NCBI GenBank assembly: GCA_002269645.1
Contig: NIVC01003873.1
Location: 1-64,000 of the forward strand
Reading direction: 5' to 3'
DNA: 64,000 nucleotides
Source of the DNA: Macrostomum lignano
Lineage: Eukaryota
The notes below the pieces were generated by a model. The model made no database searches and was not told the origin of the DNA. It saw only the letters and a program-made list of their open reading frames with translations. A program made the position numbers and the translations under genes. Below, in pieces: positions 11,345 through 23,300 of this stretch (within the stretch, counting starts at the first letter, position 1; each line of letters starts with the position of its first letter).

Positions 11345-11854
11345 TCAGATCAAACTTTGGTAATTAAGCTGCACACTCGAGTCAGCCAGTTCACCTTCCC
11401 GCGATCGTTCGGGTAAAGCTAGACTTCGATTTTCGAAGCTCGACTGCCTAGCAACCAGTTTGCAGCTCCGTCTACGCTCAGCCAGCTCCTCTTCGAGTTT
11501 AATAATTGGAGCCTGGCGGAGGTAGGCCACGATCTCTCTGTCCAGGTCGTGCTTTGCTGCCCGGCGTCCGACATGCGACAAGATCATGAAGAATATGGCC
11601 ATGGCGTACACTGTAACCACGGCAACCACGAATAGCATGGCTCCTTTATGATCGGAAATTTTGCTAGGAGTAAAGGACTCTGGACTGACAGTGATTGCTG
11701 CAGAGTGTCTCGGGACTGATCGCGCCGATTCTAGCAGTTCAACCAATCGATTGCTAATTGTACTTTTTGCTGGCTGACGAGTGCTTGATTGTTGATAATC
11801 AACAAATGAGTTCGAAATGTTGAGCAGCTGATGCAATCTAAGCCTAGGGTGCAT
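11345..11854 (-). CDS. 169-aa single-pass membrane protein with KCNE/MinK-like TM and juxtamembrane region
   Basis: Intact intronless ORF with ATG, one hydrophobic helix (AMLFVVAVVTVYAMAIFFMILSHV), a basic juxtamembrane segment and an N-terminal NIS sequon. No signal peptide. Confidence 0.7.
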   Translation of the reverse strand: MHPRLRLHQLLNISNSFVDYQQSSTRQPAKSTISNRLVELLESARSVPRHSAAITVSPESFTPSKISDHKGAMLFVVAVVTVYAMAIFFMILSHVGRRAAKHDLDREIVAYLRQAPIIKLEEELAERRRSCKLVARQSSFENRSLALPERSREGELADSSVQLNYQSLI

Positions 11855-12311
11855 GATTGAAACCTCTAATTGTAAAGGAGTCTACAGTTTCTACTGAGTT
11901 GAAATGTCGCAAATATATACTGCAGCATTTATTCACTAAACACACTGCAGTGTTCATGCAACCCATGTATGGTAGCACACATGGCTTTAGCTACTGAGTG
12001 CATCATGCATGCTGCAAGTGAAACTACGCTCGTAGTACAATTTCAAATCGCTGCACACGGCGCTAGATGTAATTTTTTTAACTGCGGATTGCATTTAACC
12101 AGTAATGGAAGCGCGCATTTCCTGTTTACTTCATCTATATAGCGACTGTCCGTCCCCTGCCTCTGCAGGACGTTTTGCTGCAATTTACGACTTACAGGAA
12201 AGAGGCGACACAAATTTTGTTTCTAAGAAACTTTATGAAGGCTGGTTAGAAATCTTTATTTGCCAAAGCAAGTTTTTCAGCTAGCTAAGCTTTTTAATTG
12301 AATTCTTAAAC

Positions 12312-12520
12312 CACGGGGCTTGGCAAACTTTTTACCGCAATGGCCAAATAGAGAACCCGGCGTTGCTACGGGCCTGGAGCAAAAAAGGAAGGCAAGGAAA
12401 TAAATGAGAGAAAAGAGGAGAGTAAAGGAGAGGAGGGAGGAGAGATGGGAGAGGAGAGAAGAGGGTACGAGAAAGGAGAGGAGAGAAAAGGAGAGATGAG
12501 AGGAGAGCTGAGAAGAGACA
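12312..12520. mobile_element. Partial hAT/Charlie-like MITE (left end plus GA-rich interior)
   Basis: Begins CACGGGGCTTGGCAAACTTTTT...GGCCAAATAG, similar to the 16850 element, followed by a purine-rich tract. No right TIR found. Confidence 0.45.
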
Positions 12521-13545
12521 TAAACCTTGAGCAGGCTAGATTGCTATTGTGAAGTTTCAAAGGACCCGAAGGCCGAAGAGGTTTTGCGGACCGCAGCATT
12601 TATAATATACAGAAGATGTCTAGTAAAAAAATGCATCCAATAAAAAACCATCACTACAAAAACTTCTTGTACCGAAAAATAAAAAGTACCTATATTTGGA
12701 TAGTATGGTACTCTTGTATTTTCTCTAAGAAACGAAGTGCCGGTCTGCTTGGCCTTCCATTTTTCCAACTTAATCTTCCACGATATTAATTTTGAGTACA
12801 TTACCTAACTGTTAAAGGTTTGACAAGCTAACGAATGCAGTCTTACAATAAAATTAAAAAAGGCAGTTACAATAAACTTGCCTTATTTAAATTCTCTGAA
12901 CCAATTTAGGCAAAAGAGAAAAAAACCTTATCAAATAAAGAAACTAACGCACTATATACTACGCGTTTATTGCTACTGAATCAATAGAAAATCAACTCAG
13001 TAGTATATGCAGTATAGTCATTCTATATAGAAAAGTTGGTACATGAAATATTATTTAACACGCAATTGAATCTTGAATAGGCGAAATTTATACCAAAACT
13101 TCTTTCTTACAACCCAAACCTGCAAGTAAGGAAAAATACAAGGGAACAAAACAAAAATTTGTGGCCACAACTTACCGCATGTAATTAAAAATACAGTCTC
13201 AACACAGCGGACATTAGTTGGACATTTCAGAATTGGTGACAGCAGAGTGAATGAAATAAATTTCAACAAAAGAAAACGCAGATTTCTTATATTTGTGACG
13301 AATTCAGTAAGGTCGCAATAAGGCTTGACAAGGAAACACATTGTACCCTGATTAAAACCATTCAGTTGCATATAGATTAAATAAAACTTTCTGTATTCAG
13401 AGCTGATTGAGAAATTGGCGAAAAACGTTTAAAACAAAATGTGCGAATTAAAACCAACACGGCCGTGTTTCATTAGGCATGCATAGAAATCTCTCCATGA
13501 GCTATATTTCACAAATATGAAATATTAATATAATCACCTATTTGA

Positions 13546-14197
13546 GAGATCTAATTTAGGTCACTCTGAATACCCATTATGATATCTAATTTAGGTCACT
13601 CTGAATACCCATTATGATATCTAATTTAGGTCACTCTGAATACCCATTATGATATCTAATTTAGGTCACTCTGAATACCCATTATGATATCTAATTTAGG
13701 TCACTCTGAATACACATTAGGGAGATCTAATTTAGGTCACTCTGAATACCCATTATGATATCTAATTTAGGTCACTCTGAATACACATTAGGGAGATCTA
13801 ATTTAGGTCACTCTGAATACCCATTATGATATCTAATTTAGGTCACTCTGAATGCCCATCATGATATCTAATTTAGGTCACTCTGAATGCCCATCATGAT
13901 ATCTAATTTAGGTCACTCTGAATACACATTAGGGAGATCTAATTTAGGTCACTCTGAATACCCATTATGATATCTAATTTAGGTCACTCTGAATGCCCAT
14001 CATGATATCTAATTTAGGTCACTCTGAATGCCCATCATGATATCTAATTTAGGTCACTCTGAATGCCCATCATGATATCTAATTTAGGTCACTCTGAATA
14101 CACATTAGGGAGATCTAATTTAGGTCACTCTGAATACCCATTATGATATCTAATTTAAGTCACTCTGAATACCCATTATGATATCTAATTTAAGTCA
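13546..14197. repeat. 35-bp minisatellite, ~18 copies
   Basis: Unit GATATCTAATTTAGGTCACTCTGAATACCCATTAT with recurring variants (ACACATTAGGGAGATCT; GCCCATCATG). Confidence 0.95.
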
Positions 14198-14305
14198 GTT
14201 AGAATAATACCTAAAAAATTAATTAGAAGAGGCATATCTAAAGATGAGCTTGTAAAAAACCCACCAGTAAAAGTCAGTCAATCAGTAATACGCTCGTATC
14301 ACTGT

Positions 14306-17300
14306 TTAAATTAAAGCCCTGCCTTCCTCATTAGCAGCCACAGCAGATTCTGACTCATCCCTGCCTCGCTGGTTGCCAATAGCAACATTCTCAACCGGCT
14401 TATCCAACAGCACATTATCATGTTTTTTCTTTCTCCTAGGCGGGGGCGGTCGCAGTACCATTGTTGAAGAAGACTCGATATTCGAAGCTCCGGCACTATG
14501 AACAGCTCTTGTACCAGATACAGTTGATTGTTTGAACTTTGAATTAGTCGTCGACAATGTCATATTATTCAAATTTTCAGTAGTATTATTATCGCCCGTT
14601 CGAGTTGTTTGATTTGCAACAATATTAACCGTTGAAGGCTGAGTAGCATTAATCAACAATAACTTAGTAGTACTATTAGTACGACTAATAGGTCTTGACA
14701 TTGCTTCTAGAGCATCGATTCGTTTCTGCAGCAGTTTCTCGCTAGCTAGAGCTCTTTCCAGTTGCTTGTGCAGAAGCACCAGTGCGTCGCTGTCATTAGC
14801 CACTCGTTCCTGTTGTCGCTTCTTTAATTCGTTATTCTCTCGCTCTAGGCCAGTTCGTAGCTCAGTCAGCTGTTTAACTTGGCTCTCCAAATCTACTACT
14901 CGTTCATTGGACTGGCGAACTTGATCGCTGGAGTCCGATAGAGACTTTTTAGCGGCCGAACGGGATGCGTCTAGCGCTGCGAATTGAATGAATTGATAAT
15001 TTAACTATTAACTATGAACTATCAACTGTAAGTTAGCAATCTGAATATCTAGGGACTGGGGCTTTCTAAGAATCTAAATATCTAGGGACTGAGGCTTTCT
15101 AAGAATCTGAATATCTAGGGACTGAGGCTTTCTAAGAATCTGAATATCTAGGGACTGAGGCTTTCTAAGAATCTGAATATCTAGGGACTGGGGCTTTCTA
15201 AGAATCTGAATATCTAGGGACTGAGGCTTTCTAAGAATCTGAATATCTAGGGACTGAGGCTTTCTAAGAATCTGAATATCTAGGGACTGGGGCTTTCTAA
15301 GAATCTGAATATCTAGGGACTGGGGCTTTCTAAGAATCTGAATATCTAGGGACTGAGGCTTTCTAAGAATCTGAATATCTAGGGACTGGGGCTTTCTAAG
15401 AATCTAAATATCTAGGGACTGAGGCTTTCTAAGAATCTGAATATCTAGGGACTGAGGCTTTCTAAGAATCTGAATATCTAGGGACTGAGGCTTTCTAAGA
15501 ATCTAAATATCTAGGGACTGAGGCTTTCTAAGAATCTGAATATCTAGGGACTGGGGCTTTCTAAGAATCTGAATATCTAGGGACTGGGACTTTCTAAGAA
15601 TCTGAATATCTAGGGACTGGGACTTTCTAAGAATCTGAATACCTAGGGACTGGGGCTTTCTAAGAATCTGAATATCTAGGGACTGGGACTTTCTAAGAAT
15701 CTGGATATCTAGGGACTGGGACTTTCTAACAATCTGGATATCTAGGGACTGGGAGTTTCTAAGAATCTGAATATCTTGGGACTGGGACTTTCTAAGAATC
15801 TGAATATCTAGGGACTGGGACTTTCTAAGAATCTGAATACCTAGGGACTGGGGCTTTCTAAGAATCTGTATATCTAGGGACTGGGACTTTCTAAGAATCT
15901 GGATATCTAGGGACTGGGAGTTTCTAAGAATCTGAATATCTTGGGACTGGGACTTTCTAAGAATCTGAATCTCTAGAAACTTGGGCTTTCTAAGAATCTA
16001 AATATCTAGGAAATGGCTCTTTCTAGGATTTTGAATATCCAGCGACTGGGATTCTAAGAGTCTAAATGTATATAAGGCCTGCATAATTAATTTGTTGTTG
16101 TAGGTGATATATTTATGCATATTCATGGTCACTGATACACAAACAATACAGTACACATGCAAGGTTAAAAAATACAATTTCACCTGTTTGCAGATCAGTC
16201 GCACGTTTCTTTTCATTCTCAAACTTTATTCCCCACTGCTGTTTTCGTTCGGTACATTCTAAAAAAATTGAAACATTTTTTATTAATAAAAAAGTAATTG
16301 TTAATTTACTATAATATGCAAATTATGATTATTATAGCCTCTAGTTGTAGTATAGTTTTAGTTAAGATAAAGTCCAATTTTAAATGGGATTAAAACAATG
16401 TCGATTTAGGATAAAAATCCTAGCTAATTATTGCTTTTACTGAGATCCCTAAAATGTTAAACAGCCTAATTTGCATATAAAAATAGGTCTTTTTAAAGTA
16501 TTTACACCATATATATTTTGAATATATCCAAGTTGATAAGTTGATGATATACAAATTTTGCGACTGTCCTTGGGCTTTTTTTAGTCATGGAATAGCAAAC
16601 ATGCACTGGGAACTGTACTTGCTTGAACAATAAGGCAGGTTCAATGAAATAATTATAAATACATACACTTTGCAAGAACACAGAGTGCCCTTTTCCAGAT
16701 TCTGTGATTTTTGCCTCAGATTAGTTGATGATTGCTTGATTGCTTGATGATTAGCCTGGTGCCAATTAGCTTTGGGGCATTTAAGTTGTGAAGTAGCATA
16801 GTTGGTGCACCCACTTTTAACTGAAGAGATATTTCCAGCGGCTCTAGAGCAGGGATTAGCAAACTTTTTTTCCTCAAGGGCCAGATGACAATACAGCTTA
16901 TGGTTGTGTTTCTGATGAGAGTGGAAAGTAGAGGTAATAGAAGATGAGAGATGAGAGATGGATGAAAGAAAAGATAGAAGAAAAAAGGAGAGAAGAGTGG
17001 AGAAAGGAGAAGTGGTAAAGAAGTTGGGGGAGATGGGAGAGGGGAGAGAGGAAGAGAAGAAATGAGAAAAGAAGGAAGAGAGAAGAGAGGAGAGAGGAGA
17101 GAGGAGTGAGGAATGAGAAGAGGGGATAGAGAGAAGAGAAAGAAAGTGGTCTCCAGGCCAGAGTTTGCAAACCCTGCTTTAGAGCTTAGAACTCAACAGG
17201 AAATTGTTGGCACCAGCTGCTAGTGTCAATGATCTTGTCTATGGTTAAAGCTTCTATTTTCTGGATTCGCTCCCCTTCTGTCACACTTGCACTCAACCTG

Positions 17301-20300
17301 GTCTGTGCAGAGCTACCTGTGTTGTCTGCTATCTCTGTGCTGTGACAATCTGACGTTACTGCAGCACCAAAATGACCTGATAATATGGCATTCTTAGAAG
17401 GAATTTAAGTACAAGGTATCACTAGTATAAGCTGACTAATGCATACAACGATATATGCCGTGTAACAGGGGCATAGCAGCACCGCCGTGGAGAAGTACAT
17501 TGGAGTGTCCGTAAACCAACAGAGAATGATCAGCGAGACGCTCAGGATGACGTCTGGAGTAGCGACAACAACACCTGCACCTACAGCTCCGCCGGATGCC
17601 ATCTCAATGTCTGCTGTTGACACTGCGACCCCCAAAAAGAAGATGCGACTAGCCCAGTGGAAAAAAATATCCGGGCGACGTCGTACGATGTCCGCCCCGA
17701 GTCGCCCCAAAATTTCTGAATAAAAATCCGGGATGCTTTAAAATAGTTTTTTAAGTTCGTAGTGCGAAGACAGAATAAGTAAACATGTCATATTTTCGTA
17801 AATGCTTGTGCTTTAGGTTTTGTGTCTTACAATCCGCCCTCAAGTTCGCCCACCGGACGCTAGACGACGCTAGTTTTGTATTCGCATAATAGGGTCTATT
17901 TTAAGCGTTTCAATTAGCAGCATTCTATGAGCACAGAAGGGCCTAACTGTGGTGCTTAAGTTTTCATTTTTGTGCAGGCATTTAATTCTTAATGTTTCAC
18001 TAATTCTTAATTCATCCATGATGGACCTTGAAATTAGAAAATTTCATGACATAGTAAGGCAACACTTAAAATATACGCATTTCACTACTTTGCTGTGTGA
18101 AAAGTAGTATCGCGTGTGTCTCGACACTTACGCTTGAAGACAATAGCAATATAGTTTTACGTATAGGACTTTCTGGAATTAAAGACCTGATAGTAAAGAC
18201 CGACTCTTTCTCTTTGCAAGAGAAAACGGCAGCAGTTTGTCACACGTTGACTAGACATCCGCCATAGCTATAAGACAGACATTGCATCATATTAAATTCC
18301 TATACATTTAAATGGGGAAATCCAGGAAAATCAATCAGAAATTGCCAAGCTGTATCAATAGACTCAGATATGAGATTGTACACATCATTAGAGTGTGCCA
18401 GTCGGTGTCACCCGCAGAAAGAATCGTGTGTCTAGCTTAATCTGCTTTCCAGATATTCGCAGGCGGAGATTCCGGAAAATTCCTATACATTTAAATGGGG
18501 AAATCCAGGAAAATCAATCAGAAATTGCCAAGCTGTATCAATAGACTCAGATATGAGATTGTACACATCATTAGAGTGTGCCAGTCGGTGTCACCCGCAG
18601 AAAGAATCGTGTGTCTAGCTCAATCTGCTTTCCAGATATTCGAGGGCGGAGATTCCGGAAAATTCCTATACATTTAAATGGGGAAATCCAGGAAAATCAA
18701 TCAGAAATTGCCAAGCTGTATCAATAGACTCAGATATGAGATTGTACACATCATTAGAGTGTGCCAGTCGGTGTCACCCGCAGAAAGAATCGTGTGTCTA
18801 GCTTAATCTGCTTTCCATATATCCGCAGGCGGAGATTCCGGAAAATTCCTATACATTTAAATGGGGAAATCCAGGAAAATCAATCAAAAATTGCCAAGCT
18901 GTATCAATAGACTTAGATATGAGATTGTACACATCATTAGAGTGTGCCAGTCGGTGTCACCCGCAGAAAGAATCGTGTGTCTAGCTTAATCTGCTTTCCA
19001 GATATTCGCAGGCGGAGATTCCGGAAAATTCCTATACATTTAAATGGGGAAATCCAGGAAAATCAATCAGAAATTGCCAAGCTGTATCAATAGACTCAGA
19101 TATGAGATTGTACACATCATTAGAGTGTGCCAGTCGGTGTCACCCGCAGAAAGAATCGTGTGTCTAGCTTAATCTGCTTTCCATATATCCGCAGGCGGAG
19201 ATTCCGGAAAATTCCTATACATTTAAATGGGGAAATCCAGGAAAATCAATCAGAAATTGCCAAGCTGTATCAATAGACTCAGATATGAGATTGTACACAT
19301 CATTAGAGTGTGCCAGTCGGTGTCACCCGCAGAAAGAATCGTGTGTCTAGCTTAATCTGCTTTCCATATATCCGCAGGCGGAGATTCCGGAAAATTCCTA
19401 TACATTTAAATGGGGAAATCCAGGAAAATCAATCAGAAATTGCCAAGCTGTATCAATAGACTCAGATATGAGATTGTACACATCATTAGAGTGTGCCAGT
19501 CGGTGTCACCTGCAGAAAGAATCGTGTGTCTAGCTTAATCTGCTTTCCAGATATTCGCAGGCGGAGATTCCGGAAAATTCCTATACATTTAAATGGGTAA
19601 ATCCAGGAAAATCAATCAGAAATTGCCAAGCTGTATCAATAGACTCAGATATGAGATTGCACACATCATTAGAGTGTGCCAGTCGGTGTCACCCGCAGAA
19701 AGAATCGTGTGTCTAGCTTAATCTGCTTTCCATATATCCGCAGGCGGAGATTCCGGAAAATTCCTATACATTTAAATGGGGAAATCCAGGAAAATCAATC
19801 AGAAATTGCCAAGCTGTATCAATAGACTCAGATATGAGATTGTACACATCATTAGAGTGTGCCAGTCGGTGTCACCCGCAGAAAGAATCGTGTGTCTAGC
19901 TTAATCTGCTTTCCAGATATTCGCAGGCGGAGATTCCGGAAAATTCCTATACATTTAAATGGGGAAATCCAGGAAAATCAATCAGAAATTGCCAAGCTGT
20001 ATCAATAGACTCAGATATGAGATTGTACACATCATTAGAGTGTGCCAGTCGGTGTCACCCGCAGAAAGAATCGTGTGTCTAGCTCAATCTGCTTTCCAGA
20101 TATTCGAGGCGGAGATTCCGGAAAATTCCTATACATTTAAATGGGGAAATCCAGGAAAATCAATCAGAAATTGCCAAGCTGTATCAATAGACTCAGATAT
20201 GAGATTGTACACATCATTAGAGTGTGCCAGTCGGTGTCACCCGCAGAAAGAATCGTGTGTCTAGCTTAATCTGCTTTCCATATATCCGCAGGCGGAGATT

Positions 20301-23300
20301 CCGGAAAATTCCTATACATTTAAATGGGGAAATCCAGGAAAATCAATCAAAAATTGCCAAGCTGTATCAATAGACTTAGATATGAGATTGTACACATCAT
20401 TAGAGTGTGCCAGTCGGTGTCACCCGCAGAAAGAATCGTGTGTCTAGCTTAATCTGCTTTCCAGATATTCGCAGGCGGAGATTCCGGAAAATTCCTATAC
20501 ATTTAAATGGGGAAATCCAGGAAAATCAATCAGAAATTGCCAAGCTGTATCAATAGACTCAGATATGAGATTGTACACATCATTAGAGTGTGCCAGTCGG
20601 TGTCACCCGCAGAAAGAATCGTGTGTCTAGCTTAATCTGCTTTCCATATATCCGCAGGCGGAGATTCCGGAAAATTCCTATACATTTAAATGGGGAAATC
20701 CAGGAAAATCAATCAGAAATTGCCAAGCTGTATCAATAGACTCAGATATGAGATTGTACACATCATTAGAGTGTGCCAGTCGGTGTCACCCGCAGAAAGA
20801 ATCGTGTGTCTAGCTTAATCTGCTTTCCATATATCCGCAGGCGGAGATTCCGGAAAATTCCTATACATTTAAATGGGGAAATCCAGGAAAATCAATCAGA
20901 AATTGCCAAGCTGTATCAATAGACTCAGATATGAGATTGTACACATCATTAGAGTGTGCCAGTCGGTGTCACCTGCAGAAAGAATCGTGTGTCTAGCTTA
21001 ATCTGCTTTCCAGATATTCGCAGGCGGAGATTCCGGAAAATTCCTATACATTTAAATGGGTAAATCCAGGAAAATCAATCAGAAATTGCCAAGCTGTATC
21101 AATAGACTCAGATATGAGATTGCACACATCATTAGAGTGTGCCAGTCGGTGTCACCCGCAGAAAGAATCGTGTGTCTAGCTTAATCTGCTTTCCATATAT
21201 CCGCAGGCGGAGATTCCGGAAAATTCCTATACATTTAAATGGGGAAATCCAGGAAAATCAATCAGAAATTGCCAAGCTGTATCAATAGACTCAGATATGA
21301 GATTGTACACATCATTAGAGTGTGCCAGTCGGTGTCACCCGCAGAAAGAATCGTGTGTCTAGCTTAATCTGCTTTCCAGATATTCGCAGGCGGAGATTCC
21401 GGAAAATTCCTATACATTTAAATGGGGAAATCCAGGAAAATCAATCAGAAATTGCCAAGCTGTATCAATAGACTCAGATATGAGATTGTACACATCATTA
21501 GAGTGTGCCAGTCGGTGTCACCCGCAGAAAGAATCGTGTGTCTAGCTCAATCTGCTTTCCAGATATTCGTATTTCAAAGGCGGCGTTTTTATTAATTTGT
21601 TTATTTTTATTTATTTACAATTTCGCGCTGCAGGCGCTGATTTGTTGCCCTGCAGCAAATGCATGTGTGCAAAGCAGTAAAAACCAAAAGTAAGAGTAAA
21701 AAAATAAGCAAAAAAGTGCAAAATGTGGATGGGCCAGATACCATTGCTGCTTCCCACTTAAAAAAGTGGGGGAAGCCATGCCTTACTGTCCTCGCCCCGT
21801 TTCTTCACCTAAAGTTTGGATTTAATTATAATTTTTAATTTTAATTTTAATTTTAATTTTAGATTTAATTTTTAGTATATTTTCATTGACAACTTACTGT
21901 CTCTTTGCATGCCCACAAACGGTTTCTGACGTTGGGTTGTAAATTACAGAAACAATATGCATGGTAAGAATAGAGAATATACTATGAAAATGAAGCATTT
22001 TTGGAAGTGCTGTGTTTGTTACAGGGGCATTGCAATCAATATACATACAAACATACATTCGTGCTTTAAGTGTGCTGCGTTCGAGAGCAGTAATTTGTCT
22101 ACTCGTGTATACACAAAATTCGCAGTATACTTCTAATTGAAATATAATTTTGCATTACTCAAAAGTAACAAGGGCGAACCTCGTTGGACTCACAAAGGTG
22201 CTGACTTTTTCCCCTCTGCTTCCTAACTGGCACCATAGATGCTATCTTTAGAAGAACTCCTTTGCTTTGGGGCCCAAATCTAAGTTGATATTGCTATTCC
22301 CATGGCCTCAAATTTTTGACATCTACTCTGCCCCCCCCCTGTATCTATCTGCCCTCATAAGTATGAGCACCGAGTGGCAAAATTTATCAAAGCAGAAGCT
22401 TTACAACTTTAAGTCAGAGGCAGTCTAGTTGTATGTGCTATCAGAATAAAAAGGGGATACTTGGATTGGGCCTGTCCAAGGAATCCTCTATACCTATTTC
22501 TACCTTTCCTTTTAAATCTTGTAAAAGAAGATTTCTTTGAAGCATTTCTAGAGAAAGGGCTTCGGTATAGACGATTCATTAGCCTGTCACCACTAGCCCT
22601 GTCCCAGGGAAGAAAGCCTGGAGTGGAGTGAACAAAGAGGCAAGCCTGGGAAGGGGGCACTAAGGGTCCCATAGTATTTTTTGCCGTTGGGCAGATGTTA
22701 CCTCTAGTCAAGCTCGCAAATAAAGTGGAAGAATGCTTTATAATATTTAGACTAAGCTAAGCTGGTCTGTGATTTAGACTGATGAAACGAGCACACACAA
22801 CAAACTGGGGGCTGAGTGGGGGGTTGTGGCACAGACCATATAGAATATAGACTGCGAATCTCGGGGGCCTGCCCAGGCGCGTTGTGGGACAAAAAACAAC
22901 ACAAAAATGGTCCTTCCCCAAAGCCCCACTTCGATCGATATGTGGTACAAAAAATTAGGCTGTCTCTTTTCTAGCGGGCCAGTGCTTGAAATTTACTCAG
23001 TATAAAGGGTGTTAAAACCCCCGGGGAGGCAAAAAAATGTTCCTTGCAAAAAGGGGAAGGACTATTTTTGTGTTGCTTTCTTGTCCCACAACGCGCCTGG
23101 GCAGGCCCCCGAGATTCGCAGTCTATATTCTATATGGTCTGTGGGTTGCAGGAGGCTTGAGAGGGGAGGGAGTGAGGGAAAAAAGGAAATAGAGATCTAG
23201 AACTAGAACCTAGAAACTAGAGAAGAGAAGAGAAGTAGAGAAGAGTTCTAGATCTCTATGGAAAAAAGCACACTCGAAAACAAGCTTGTAAAAGAAACTA

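Noticed and set aside
17405-17740. Overlapping short ORFs with a KKKMR basic patch
   Set aside because: No recognisable domain or convincing splice partners; lies in the predicted intron.
13546-21569. Regular arrays superficially like CRISPR
   Set aside because: Units are head-to-tail with no unique spacers, there are no cas genes, and the context is eukaryotic.
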